From: a virus
Taxonomy: Duplodnaviria; Caudoviricetes
DNA: 25,470 bases
IMG/VR virus record: IMGVR_UViG_3300030372_004368
Coordinates: 1-25,470 of that record
Strand: one strand, 5' to 3'
Shown: positions 15,946-24,205 of the stretch, piece by piece
Layout: each line of letters starts with the position of its first letter
Position numbering within the stretch: position 1 is the first letter of the stretch
Notes under the pieces: model-generated
Database searches by the model: none
Told to the model about the DNA's origin: nothing
Seen by the model: the letters and a program-made list of their open reading frames with translations, nothing else
Program-made: the position numbers and the translations under genes

Positions 15946-16268
15946 GTAATACTGAAATAACATACAGGCCTAAATATAAAACGCCTGAAAGAGAGCTAAA
16001 TTTTGAAGAGAGGCTTTTACAAATAAACAATAGAGTAGAAGAATTGGAGAGAGTAATTAAAACTGACCCCGTAATGAATAAACCTTACGACAGGGACGAT
16101 TTGCTGTCTTTAAAAGAAATAAGAAGGCGTACTGGATTTTCTTATCAGGTTCTCAAAAAAGAAATAAACAACGATAGACTCAAAGGAGTGGTGTTCGGAG
16201 ATAGAATGTATTTCAAAGAATCTAACTTCCATGAGTGGCTAGATAACAGAGAGAATAAAAACAAATAA
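15942..16268 (+). CDS. Excisionase-like helix-turn-helix protein
   Basis: C-terminal 'LLSLKEIRRRTGFSYQVLKKEI...RLKGVVFGDRMYF....FHEWL' resembles HTH_17/Xis. Confidence 0.65.
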   Translation: MSNTEITYRPKYKTPERELNFEERLLQINNRVEELERVIKTDPVMNKPYDRDDLLSLKEIRRRTGFSYQVLKKEINNDRLKGVVFGDRMYFKESNFHEWLDNRENKNK

Positions 16269-16276
16269 CAGAGACA

Positions 16277-16642
16277 ATGGCACAAACTAAAGTAAAAAGA
16301 GTACAAGGAGATGGAAGTTACCAAACCAAAAATGGCTTTTTCTATCAATTCGAGTATGAGTTTGAAGACGGTATAGTTGGTTTAGCAAGCCATAAGACTA
16401 ATGAGCCTAAATACAAAAAAGGCGATTCAGTAAACTATGAGATTAAAAAGAAAGATATAAAGGGCAATAATAGAATAGGATTTATTCAAGAGCAGCAATT
16501 TTCAAATTTTAAAAGCGAAAAGAAAACTAATAAATCTTTTGCTCTTTCCTATGCAAAAGACCTGGTTATTGCTGACAAACTTTCTATTGAAAAGATTATA
16601 GATGCTGCAGATGAATTTAATAACTGGATGAATAAACAATAA
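16277..16642 (+). CDS. Hypothetical protein (beta-rich N-terminus, possible nucleic-acid binding)
   Basis: 121-aa ORF in the early operon. Confidence 0.55.
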   Translation: MAQTKVKRVQGDGSYQTKNGFFYQFEYEFEDGIVGLASHKTNEPKYKKGDSVNYEIKKKDIKGNNRIGFIQEQQFSNFKSEKKTNKSFALSYAKDLVIADKLSIEKIIDAADEFNNWMNKQ

Positions 16643-16670
16643 TAAATAAACAAACAAACACAATTTAAAC

Positions 16671-17351
16671 ATGGATAAAATAATGACAAATAATTTAAAA
16701 ATTTTAGCTCAATCAAAAGCTAATATTAAAAAAATGGACGATGCAATAGACGATGCAATTAAAGAGCAAAAAATACAAAAAATAATAGACCTTAACGGCA
16801 ATGAGGTTTATGGAAAAGAAAAAGAGACTGGTGTGCCATCATTTGAAACAGCACGAAATATGGAATTAGAAGCACAGAAGGATGCAGTTGAAAACAAGAG
16901 GAGAGAGCTAACTATTATTGAAAAAAGAATTGAGACAGGAGCTGAACTAATTAGAAAAAGAGTCCTTTCAGGAGATGTAACTCCCTCTATGGGTCTTTTT
17001 AAACTAAAGGCAATGCAGAAAATAATAGCAAACGCTATAGAAGTAATTTCTGACCAGGCTATCGCAGAGCTAGACGAAGACCATATGGGAAGCGTAGTCT
17101 TTGATGGCTATAGATTAGAAGTAGTAGAGGGAGGAAAATATTATGACTATAGTAATTGTGAAGAGGTGCAAGAAATAACAGAAAAACTTAAAGAAGCAAA
17201 AGGAAAATATAAGGCTGCTGTGGAGGGACTTAATAAAAGGACGACAATCCAGGGAGATGAGCCAGGAACTTTTATAGACTCAGATGGGCAAATTTGCAAC
17301 CTCCCTGAGATCAAACAAAGAAGAAGACATTTAAAATTAACCAAAGTATAA
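16671..17351 (+). CDS. Hypothetical phage protein
   Basis: 226-aa helical/coiled-coil ORF in the early operon. Confidence 0.55.
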   Translation: MDKIMTNNLKILAQSKANIKKMDDAIDDAIKEQKIQKIIDLNGNEVYGKEKETGVPSFETARNMELEAQKDAVENKRRELTIIEKRIETGAELIRKRVLSGDVTPSMGLFKLKAMQKIIANAIEVISDQAIAELDEDHMGSVVFDGYRLEVVEGGKYYDYSNCEEVQEITEKLKEAKGKYKAAVEGLNKRTTIQGDEPGTFIDSDGQICNLPEIKQRRRHLKLTKV

Positions 17352-17413
17352 GGAGGTCACTTAGGCTGACTGGCATTAACCAAAAACGGCCTCCTATACT
17401 AAAAATATAAATT

Positions 17414-17929
17414 ATGGAAGACTTTAAATATTATAATAATTATTTACAAGGGCTGCGGGGAAAATGGCCTCAAAGGCTCAAAAATGAAGAGGTTTTTAAT
17501 CTTCTCAATCCCTACCGCTTAACTATCCTAGATGAAACAGGCATAGATATTTTAGAGAACACTAGAAAAAGACAGGTGGTAGATCTTCGTAGAATTTTCT
17601 GCTATCATAGTAGGTATAATTTGTCGGAAGGTCTTACATACGCAGATATAGGAGATTATTTAGACAAACACCATGCGACTATAGTTCATACAGTAAAGCA
17701 ATACTCGGATTTATATAGAACTGATATAAGCTTTAGAGCAAAAGCAAACTATTTCATCTTTAAATTTCAGACAATAGATGCTGTAGAAGATCTCTACCCT
17801 TATAAGAGAAGGCTCTTTGATATGGTCAAAGGAATAAGCGAGGGAGATGCTGCAAAGGTTTTGAATTTAATCGACAAGCAAGACATACAAGTAGAGTCCG
17901 AAACCCTAGAACCTATAGAGAATGAGTAA
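17414..17929 (+). CDS. DnaA C-terminal (domain IV)-like HTH protein
   Basis: 'TRKRQVVDLRRIFCY...LTYADIGDYLDKHHATIVHTVK' matches the Bac_DnaA_C pattern; no AAA+ domain. Confidence 0.75.
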   Translation: MEDFKYYNNYLQGLRGKWPQRLKNEEVFNLLNPYRLTILDETGIDILENTRKRQVVDLRRIFCYHSRYNLSEGLTYADIGDYLDKHHATIVHTVKQYSDLYRTDISFRAKANYFIFKFQTIDAVEDLYPYKRRLFDMVKGISEGDAAKVLNLIDKQDIQVESETLEPIENE

Positions 17930-18623
17930 AGATCCTGCGTTTCTTTTATATAGCTCAGATTTTTTGACTGGAGTCTCAGATTTAACAATGGAGGAGCGAG
18001 GACAGTTTGTGACTTTGCTTTGTTTACAGCATCAAAAAGGACATCTATCTGAGAAACTTATGCGATTGCAATGCGGTGGCATTCCCAATGCAGATGTATT
18101 GGCAAAGTTTCGCAAGGATAGAAAAGGTCTTTACTTCAATAAGCGTATAGAGGAGGAGAGAGAAAAAAGGGCTGCCCATTCTGAAAAGCAACGCTTAAAT
18201 GCCTATAAACGGTGGAATAAAGAAAACACAACTCTTAAACAACTAGAAAGCAATGGCAATGCCACGGCAATGCCTTTAGAAAATGAAAATGAAAATGAAA
18301 ATATAAATAGAAATAAAAATGAAAATAGTTTGGAGGCAAAAATTATCGAAAAATATCCCTTCGAAGACTTCTATGATCTCTACGCAAAGAAAAGATATAG
18401 AACAAAAGCAGAGAGAGAGTGGAAAAAGCTTAGTGATAACAGAAGAAGGCTTGCCATGGATCATACACAGAAATTTGTTGTATCGGAAGAAAAGCAATTT
18501 AGACCCGACCCCCACAGATACCTTAGAGACAGGGGTTGGGAAAACGAAATAATAGTAAAACAAAATGGACAAAAAAGAGATTATTCAGAGCTCGAAAAAA
18601 AGCTCGCTCAAACTACAGAATAA
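17922..18623 (+). CDS. Replication initiator-like protein (DUF1376/YdaU-type N-terminus)
   Basis: 'KDPAFLLYSSDFLTGVSDLTMEERGQFVTLLCLQHQKG', low-complexity linker and C-terminal 'FEDFYDLYAKK....KAEREWKKL...P.P.RYL....WENE'. Confidence 0.75.
   Translation: MSKDPAFLLYSSDFLTGVSDLTMEERGQFVTLLCLQHQKGHLSEKLMRLQCGGIPNADVLAKFRKDRKGLYFNKRIEEEREKRAAHSEKQRLNAYKRWNKENTTLKQLESNGNATAMPLENENENENINRNKNENSLEAKIIEKYPFEDFYDLYAKKRYRTKAEREWKKLSDNRRRLAMDHTQKFVVSEEKQFRPDPHRYLRDRGWENEIIVKQNGQKRDYSELEKKLAQTTE
18250..18326. repeat. Iteron-like repeats plus AT-rich hexamer array (candidate origin)
   Basis: GCAATG x3 (GGCAATGCC at 18255 and 18266), then GAAAAT x4 (18279-18302) and four further period-6 units to 18326. 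Confidence 0.5.
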
Positions 18624-19035
18624 GGACAAACCATTTACTCCCTCAACTGTAGGCATGAGAGAAATTATAGAGGGCAAGAGCTCCATGACTCTTCAGGCAT
18701 TAAGAAGAGAGCAAAACTATAAAAGTGCTAGAGTCTTTGTGACTGTTTGGGTTGTAAAGCTCCAAGAGACCCTAGAGGTAAAAAAGAAAATGGGAGACGA
18801 TTCAATCTTAATGGCCTCAGATTTAATCCTGGAAGATTATTACTACCTAACAGGAGCAGATCTTAGACTCCTATTTAAAAGAATTGTCACGGGACATTAC
18901 GGGGTCATGTACGAGAGTCTAACCATAGATAAGCTTATGACCTATTTTTCTTTATACGCAAAAGAGAGGTGGACAGAGGCAGAGAGAATATCATTAGAAA
19001 ATCACAATCAATTTAAAAATAAATACAATGGATAA
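18565..19035 (+). CDS. Replication-associated protein (possible helicase loader/inhibitor)
   Basis: Follows the initiator; 'ILEDYYYLT.ADL.L.FK....G.YG..YE.L' pattern seen in Bacteroidota phages. Confidence 0.5.
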   Translation: MDKKEIIQSSKKSSLKLQNKDKPFTPSTVGMREIIEGKSSMTLQALRREQNYKSARVFVTVWVVKLQETLEVKKKMGDDSILMASDLILEDYYYLTGADLRLLFKRIVTGHYGVMYESLTIDKLMTYFSLYAKERWTEAERISLENHNQFKNKYNG

Positions 19036-19381
19036 CATCACACTAAAAGGAAGTATAGTAAAGATAAAAGACCTTGAGTTAAAAGGGGTAACCAATTTTA
19101 AAGTAAGGGAGTTTTGGCTTCATTTTAAATCAGGAAAAAATGAGGAATATTCGCAGACAGTAACTCTGCAAACGACAGGAGATAGAACAGAGCTGCTAGA
19201 TAAGCTAAAACTAAACGAGGTAATAGTGGCTCACATTAATATCAAAGGGAATATATGGCAGCCAAAAGACGGAGGAGAAGAGAGAGTCTTCAATAGTTTA
19301 GACTGTTGGAAAATAGAAACACAGGGAGAAGAGAATAAGCAGGAGGCCTTAGTCCCTGAGGAAGATGACCTCCCCTTTTAA
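19028..19381 (+). CDS. DUF3127-like single-stranded DNA-binding protein
   Basis: 'FKVREF', 'NIKG..W' and 'FNSLDCWKIE'; acidic SSB-type tail 'EEDDLPF'. Confidence 0.8.
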   Translation: MDNITLKGSIVKIKDLELKGVTNFKVREFWLHFKSGKNEEYSQTVTLQTTGDRTELLDKLKLNEVIVAHINIKGNIWQPKDGGEERVFNSLDCWKIETQGEENKQEALVPEEDDLPF

Positions 19382-19400
19382 TAATTTAAAACTAAAACAC

Positions 19401-19607
19401 ATGAATAAAAAAAAGATGAGTAATAGTGACAGAGCTTGGAACTATCATTTAGTAACAGAGGCAATAAATAACATCTATGGACTGGATAATGAGTTTAAGA
19501 TAAAAATGATAAAAATGGTAAAGGATGATTTTATCATGAGTCACTTGAGAGACGTATATAAAGGTACGAAGAAAAATGACAAAACAATAAAGAAATTACT
19601 AAAATAG
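19401..19607 (+). CDS. Small hypothetical protein
   Basis: ATG 19401 after an A-rich leader preferred over the track start at 19365. Confidence 0.5.
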   Translation: MNKKKMSNSDRAWNYHLVTEAINNIYGLDNEFKIKMIKMVKDDFIMSHLRDVYKGTKKNDKTIKKLLK

Positions 19608-19614
19608 GCGGTGT

Positions 19615-19818
19615 TAATTAAAAAGGTTTGATCCACCTGTTAAGAGAGTCCGCCACCAAAGGGTTTTGACTCAACTCTGTTTTTAATGCTCTCTTAACTA
19701 CGGATTACATTTTTAATTAGTTAATTTTTTGGTTTAATTCAAAACCCTTCTGAAGCCCTAAGAGATTACTCTTCCCTAGCTGAGTTTCTCATTGTGCATA
19801 AAGGAGGGTTTTTTGTTT
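19615..19818 (+). ncRNA. Candidate structured RNA / terminator switch
   Basis: Four 10-11 bp helices in ~200 nt of non-coding DNA (see findings); strand assumed from operon direction. Confidence 0.5.
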
Positions 19819-19827
19819 AAAACTTCA

Positions 19828-19860
19828 TTTGCTTTTCTCATTAATCATGCTTTAATTTTG
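19828..19860 (+). promoter_or_regulatory. Bacteroidota-type promoter upstream of the nuclease/sigma/terminase operon
   Basis: TTTG (19828-31), 21-nt spacer, TAATTTTG (19853-60). Confidence 0.55.
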
Positions 19861-19888
19861 TTAGTGCCAGTTAGCCCTATGTATATAT

Positions 19889-20236
19889 ATGGGCTACATT
19901 AGAAAAAGACAAAACAAATACGGAGCTGTTAAGCAGACCTTCAAAGGGAGATCCTACCACTCTAAGAAGGAGGCGGCCTACGCTCAAACCTTAGAACTTA
20001 GAAAGCTAGCAGGAGAGATCACCGAGATCATACCGCAATACCCCCTTAGACTTTATGTCAATGGAAAAAAGATCTGCAATTACTTCATTGATTTCTGCTG
20101 TATTCTAAAAGACGGCTCCAAAGAACTTATCGAGGTTAAAGGATTTCAAACAGATGTATGGAGGCTTAAGTGGAAACTTACCGAGGCACTACTTGAAGAG
20201 ATCGAACCCGATGCTAAACTAATTTTAGTAACATGA
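19889..20236 (+). CDS. DUF1064-like PD-(D/E)XK nuclease (possible resolvase)
   Basis: 'NKYGA.K......YHSKKEA', 'Y.IDF' and 'IEVKG..T....LK.KL'. Confidence 0.8.
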   Translation: MGYIRKRQNKYGAVKQTFKGRSYHSKKEAAYAQTLELRKLAGEITEIIPQYPLRLYVNGKKICNYFIDFCCILKDGSKELIEVKGFQTDVWRLKWKLTEALLEEIEPDAKLILVT

Positions 20237-20787
20237 AAAAAAGAGATGCGATAAACTACATCGCAAAAAAATATGAACAAATAAAAAAACAGGTGAGAGA
20301 CATTGAAAAAAAATACTTTAAAACAGATAAATCTTATCATGAAGACGTAACTCAAGACCTGTTTATTAAAATTCAGGAGACGATAGAAAAATGCGAAGAC
20401 GAGGACTGTGTAGATAAATTTGTAGACCGATATTTCTCAGACGATACGTTTTATACTTATATACCAATTAAAAACTTGATTATCGAAACGCTTAGAAAAG
20501 AGAAATTTTATGTCCCCCTATCGGAGGCGAATACTACAGGGCTTATAGATTATCAAAGCGACATAACTCTCCCAGGAGAGAAGTCAATCAATGATAAAAT
20601 TGATGTATATGTCAAAGGATTTATGTTTAAAGACAAAAAAATATGGGAGCTCTACCGATATGAATTTAAAGGGCACACCCTAAAGATGAGTAAAGAGACA
20701 AAGGTGGCAGTATCTACAATTTATAGAACTGTCAAACGAGTCAAACTTAAAATAAAAAACAAATTAAAAGACATTTATTATGGCTAA
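20233..20787 (+). CDS. Sigma-70/ECF-like transcription factor (putative late activator)
   Basis: 'EDVTQDLFIKI' (region 2-like) and C-terminal HTH 'KMSKETKVAVSTIYRTVKRVKLKIK' (region 4-like). Confidence 0.65.
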   Translation: MKKRDAINYIAKKYEQIKKQVRDIEKKYFKTDKSYHEDVTQDLFIKIQETIEKCEDEDCVDKFVDRYFSDDTFYTYIPIKNLIIETLRKEKFYVPLSEANTTGLIDYQSDITLPGEKSINDKIDVYVKGFMFKDKKIWELYRYEFKGHTLKMSKETKVAVSTIYRTVKRVKLKIKNKLKDIYYG

Positions 20788-21199
20788 AAGCAAAGGACTA
20801 GGAGACACAATAGAGAAGTTCACTAAAGCAACTGGAATCAAAAAAGTCGTAGAGGCAATTTGGGACTCCTGCGGATGCGATAAAAGAAAAGAGCAACTCA
20901 ATAAGCTTTTCCCCTCTAGAAACAAAATAGAATGTTTGGAGCAGGATGAGTATGAATATTTAAAAGAATTTTTCAGCACCTATCTTAACTCAATAAGCTA
21001 TGAGCAGCAGGATAGAATCATTGAAATCAATAACAGGATCTTCCATGAGAGAAGAGAGGTTAGCTCTTGCGGATCATGTGTCGCTCCAGTAATTGAAAAC
21101 TTGAAAAAAGCATATTTGCAATATGAAGAAAAAGGAGAAGATCCAAAACCTAAAAGCAAATCCAAACAATCCAAGGCTAATAAAGGATCAAAGATTTAA
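20780..21199 (+). CDS. Phage protein with CGC and CxxC motifs
   Basis: 'SKGLGDTIEKFTKATGIKK.V....CGCDKRKEQLNKLFP ... SCGSC'. Confidence 0.65.
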   Translation: MAKSKGLGDTIEKFTKATGIKKVVEAIWDSCGCDKRKEQLNKLFPSRNKIECLEQDEYEYLKEFFSTYLNSISYEQQDRIIEINNRIFHERREVSSCGSCVAPVIENLKKAYLQYEEKGEDPKPKSKSKQSKANKGSKI

Positions 21200-21554
21200 A
21201 AAGGCAGTAAGATCATTAAAGGAGTTTCCTGAGATGTTAGAGAAAAGACCAATAGTAGTGAATGAAGATTTAATCATCTTAGGAGGCAATATGAGATACC
21301 AGGCAGCGAAGCATTTAAAGTGGCAAGAGGTATGGATAGATGTAGCGGAAGGGTGGAGTGAAGAAAGACAAAAGGAGTTCACTATAAAAGACAATGCCTC
21401 CTGGGGAGAATGGGATATGGACATGCTAGCAAATGAGGGTTGGGATCTAAAAACTCTAGAAACCTGGGGGCTAGAAATGCCAGTCAAGTTTTATGATGTA
21501 GAACCGAGAGAAAAAAAAGAGAAAAAAGAAAAATGCGAGTACTGTGGTAAATGA
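21123..21554 (+). CDS. ParB/Srx-like N-terminal domain protein
   Basis: 'LKANPNNPR.I', 'RPIVVNE..IILGGNMRY.A', 'IKDN...GEWD'; terminal CxxC. Confidence 0.85.
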   Translation: MKKKEKIQNLKANPNNPRLIKDQRFKKAVRSLKEFPEMLEKRPIVVNEDLIILGGNMRYQAAKHLKWQEVWIDVAEGWSEERQKEFTIKDNASWGEWDMDMLANEGWDLKTLETWGLEMPVKFYDVEPREKKEKKEKCEYCGK

Positions 21555-21684
21555 TTGGGAATTAACATTAGGATTTTATCCAGGCCTGCTTATAGGTTTT
21601 AGAACTTATGAGCACAAAGACTGTACAGACTATGTTTTGTACGCTCCTTTAATAGATATATGTTTAACAATTTATGACTCATGA
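21544..21684 (+). CDS. Small hypothetical protein, 46 aa (not in ORF track)
   Basis: GTG start; MVNDWELTLGFYPGLLIGFRTYEHKDCTDYVLYAPLIDICLTIYDS*; tiles between neighbouring genes. Confidence 0.5.
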   Translation: MVNDWELTLGFYPGLLIGFRTYEHKDCTDYVLYAPLIDICLTIYDS

Positions 21685-21839
21685 GAGAAAAAAAACAAAT
21701 TAACTACATAAAGCTAATAGATCATTACAAAGACACTCTGAAATATGCTAGAAAAGAAAACCATATTGAGTATTTAAAAGAGAGGGTATTGCTAATGAAG
21801 TTAAAACACATAAAACAGCTTAAGACAGTTCAAGTATAA
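21681..21839 (+). CDS. Small hypothetical protein, 52 aa (not in ORF track)
   Basis: ATGA-coupled to the previous ORF; MREKKQINYIKLIDHYKDTLKYARKENHIEYLKERVLLMKLKHIKQLKTVQV*. Confidence 0.5.
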   Translation: MREKKQINYIKLIDHYKDTLKYARKENHIEYLKERVLLMKLKHIKQLKTVQV

Positions 21840-21863
21840 TACAGAGAAAAAACACAGAGCAAA

Positions 21864-22202
21864 ATGGCAAACGAAGAGAACTTAATACCATTTAAAAAAG
21901 GACAGTCAGGCAATCCAAAAGGGAGACCGAAGGGTGCAAAAAATAGATCGACTATAGCTCGTAAGTGGCTAGATGTCATGCAGAAAGGAATAGACCCTAT
22001 TAACCAGGAGGAGAAAATATTAAGCCAGGAGGACTATATGTGTTTAGCTCTTCTAAAAAAAGCGAGGCAGGGAGATGTGCAGGCAGCTAAACTTCTTTGG
22101 GACTCAGCTTATGGACAGGCAAAAGAAACAATAGACCAAAACATAGATCTTAACCAGGTAGACTTCAGAGAGCTATTTAATTTCAAGAACAAAAAAAAGT
22201 AA
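21864..22202 (+). CDS. terS: Terminase small subunit (DUF5681-type)
   Basis: 'NLIPFKKGQSGNPKGRPKG' motif; directly upstream of TerL. Confidence 0.75.
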   Translation: MANEENLIPFKKGQSGNPKGRPKGAKNRSTIARKWLDVMQKGIDPINQEEKILSQEDYMCLALLKKARQGDVQAAKLLWDSAYGQAKETIDQNIDLNQVDFRELFNFKNKKK

Positions 22203-23405
22203 GTGGAGTTTAATGAGAAGTACAAAGCCTTTTGGAACGACTCTAGATACACAATACTCACAGGAGGAAGAGGAAGCGGGAAGAGCTACTTCGTAGGAGC
22301 TTTCCTTTTAGGCCTTACATTTGAATCAGGCCATGTTATCCTATACACTAGATACACATTAAGAGCAGCAAGCATATCAATCATTCCTGAATTTAGAGAG
22401 AAAATATCCATGCTAGACATGGAGGATATGTTTTATATCACAAAAGATGAGATCATAAATAAGGCCTCAGGAAGCAAGATAATTTTCAGGGGAATAAAAA
22501 CCTCCTCAGGAGATCAAACAGCTAACCTGAAATCTCTAACAGGCATTACAACCTGGGCTATGGAGGAAGCGGAGGAGATAGATGAAGAGAGCTTTGATAA
22601 GATCGATTTATCAGTAAGGCATAAGACCAAACAAAACAGAGTGGTGCTTATTTTAAACCCTAGCACAAAAGAGCACTTTATTTATCAAAGGTTTTATGAA
22701 GATAGATCCGTCAATCCAGGGAGCAATATCACAAAAGAAGATGTGACATATATCCATACAACCTACCTAGACAATTTAGAGAACCTCTCAAAAAGCTACA
22801 TCAAACAAATAGAGCAAATGAAAAAGAGGAGGCCTCAAAAATATGATGCTGTAATCAAAGGGAATTGGATAGAGAAAGCTGAAGGGGTAATCTTCACTAA
22901 CTGGAAGCTAGGAAAATTTGTAGAAGTATCTCCAAGTGTGTTTGGCCAAGACTATGGATTTTCCACAGACGAAAATACTCTGGTAAAAACCTCCATAGAT
23001 AAGGATAAGAAAATCATTTACATTAAGCTATGCTTTTATCTGAAGGGATTAACAACCTCCCAAATAAGAGAGCTAAATAAAAAGCATGCAAAAGAGTCTC
23101 TAATTGTAGGGGACTCAGCAGAAGGGCGATTAATTCATGAGCTCAAGTCTAGCTGCAATATAGTGCCAAGCATAAAAGGACAGGGGAGCATAACTTACGG
23201 GATAGCACTTTTGCAAGATTATGACCTTATCATAGATGACTCAGAAGATAGCCAACCCCTTATTAAAGAATTAAATAACTACAGTTGGCTAGAGAAGAAA
23301 AGCTCTACTCCTATCGATAAATACAATCATGCTATAGATGCCTTAAGATATGCTGTGAGCTATCAGTTAAAGAACCCTACAGCAGGAGAGTATCATTTTT
23401 TATAA
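22203..23405 (+). CDS. terL: Terminase large subunit, PBSX family
   Basis: Walker A 'GGRGSGKS', Walker B 'WAMEEAEE', 'LNP', nuclease 'GQDYGF', 'DSAE' and 'NHAIDALRYA'. Confidence 0.95.
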   Translation: MEFNEKYKAFWNDSRYTILTGGRGSGKSYFVGAFLLGLTFESGHVILYTRYTLRAASISIIPEFREKISMLDMEDMFYITKDEIINKASGSKIIFRGIKTSSGDQTANLKSLTGITTWAMEEAEEIDEESFDKIDLSVRHKTKQNRVVLILNPSTKEHFIYQRFYEDRSVNPGSNITKEDVTYIHTTYLDNLENLSKSYIKQIEQMKKRRPQKYDAVIKGNWIEKAEGVIFTNWKLGKFVEVSPSVFGQDYGFSTDENTLVKTSIDKDKKIIYIKLCFYLKGLTTSQIRELNKKHAKESLIVGDSAEGRLIHELKSSCNIVPSIKGQGSITYGIALLQDYDLIIDDSEDSQPLIKELNNYSWLEKKSSTPIDKYNHAIDALRYAVSYQLKNPTAGEYHFL

Positions 23406-23433
23406 AAAAGTAGACCGATTAAATAATTGTAAA

Positions 23434-23449
23434 ACGTTTTATATATATA
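23434..23449 (+). promoter_or_regulatory. Candidate late-promoter motif ACGTTTTATATATATA, copy 2
   Basis: Identical to 1337-1352; ends 7 nt before ATG 23457. Confidence 0.55.
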
Positions 23450-23456
23450 GATTCAA

Positions 23457-24104
23457 ATGGTTAAAACAAAACTAACAGTCCCAAGTAAATTGTCAGAGAT
23501 AACATTAGGGCAATATCAAAAATTTGCCAAGATAGCGGAGAAAGATCAGGAAGAAGATTTCTTGCAAAAGAAAATGATAGAGATTTTTTGCGGAGTGCCT
23601 TTAAAGTATGTAGATAATTTTAAGTACACCTCCATAAAAAAAGTGACTACTGTCTTAGTACAGATGTTTAAAGAAAAGACAAATCTCATTGAGAGGTTTA
23701 AAATGGACGGAGTAGAATATGGATTTATCCCTAAACTAGATGACATGAGCTTTGGAGAGTATGCTGACCTGGATCAACTCATGAAAGACTGGGACACAAT
23801 GGACAAAGCTTTAGCCGTTTTATATCGACCTGTGAAGAAAAGTTATTCAGGCAGGTATATCATAGAGGAGTATGATGTAGACAAAACAAAGCCAATGGCA
23901 GGGATGCCTTTAGATGTGGCCTTTAGTGCAGTTTTTTTTTTAGTCAATTTAAGCGAGGAATTAATGAAGCATACCCTGCACTATTCAGCAAAGGCTCTGA
24001 AGACTTTGACACCTCAGCAAAAGCAAGTTTTCATGACACCTTCGGGTGGTTTACCTCACTCTATCAAATGGCTCAGGGAGACCCTACAAAATTTAGCAGA
24101 GTAG
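23457..24104 (+). CDS. Tail assembly chaperone (gpG-like, 0-frame product)
   Basis: 'P..L.EITLGQYQ', 'YGFIP.LDDMSFGEY.DL', 'AVLYRP'; contains a T10 slippery run. Confidence 0.65.
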   Translation: MVKTKLTVPSKLSEITLGQYQKFAKIAEKDQEEDFLQKKMIEIFCGVPLKYVDNFKYTSIKKVTTVLVQMFKEKTNLIERFKMDGVEYGFIPKLDDMSFGEYADLDQLMKDWDTMDKALAVLYRPVKKSYSGRYIIEEYDVDKTKPMAGMPLDVAFSAVFFLVNLSEELMKHTLHYSAKALKTLTPQQKQVFMTPSGGLPHSIKWLRETLQNLAE

Positions 24105-24205
24105 AAAAATTAAACATAAACACCTGCCTTACTTACCTAACATTTGTAAAGCAGAAAAATGAAATTGAAGCAAAAGAAATAAAAAGAAAAAGCCGTGGAA
24201 GATAA
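23933..24205 (+). CDS. -1 frameshift extension of the tail chaperone (gpGT-like)
   Basis: The -1 frame opens after TAG 23924-26 and runs to TAA 24203-05: FFFSQFKRGINEAYPALFS...FGWFTSLYQMAQGDPTKFSRVEKLNINTCLTYLTFVKQKNEIE... Confidence 0.7.
   Translation, partial: FFFSQFKRGINEAYPALFSKGSEDFDTSAKASFHDTFGWFTSLYQMAQGDPTKFSRVEKLNINTCLTYLTFVKQKNEIEAKEIKRKSRGR

Noticed and set aside
17359-17387. ZTP riboswitch resemblance (TGACTGGC)
   Set aside because: The downstream P3/pseudoknot element is absent and the gene context is unrelated.
18319-18552. Same-strand alternative-frame ORFs (4671-4871, 9446-9646, 18319-18552)
   Set aside because: Short, without motifs or signal features, and I saw no codon constraint in the host genes like that in the endolysin.
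19741-19812. Pistol ribozyme resemblance (AAGCCCTAAG; hairpin followed by GTGCA)
   Set aside because: No P1 hairpin with a complementary TTAGGG loop or matching P2 strand at the required spacing.
21123-21199. 77-nt overlap between the Cys-motif gene and the ParB-like gene as a recoding site
   Set aside because: No clear slippery site; the overlapping tail is low-complexity Lys/Ser sequence, consistent with a simple stop-codon shift.
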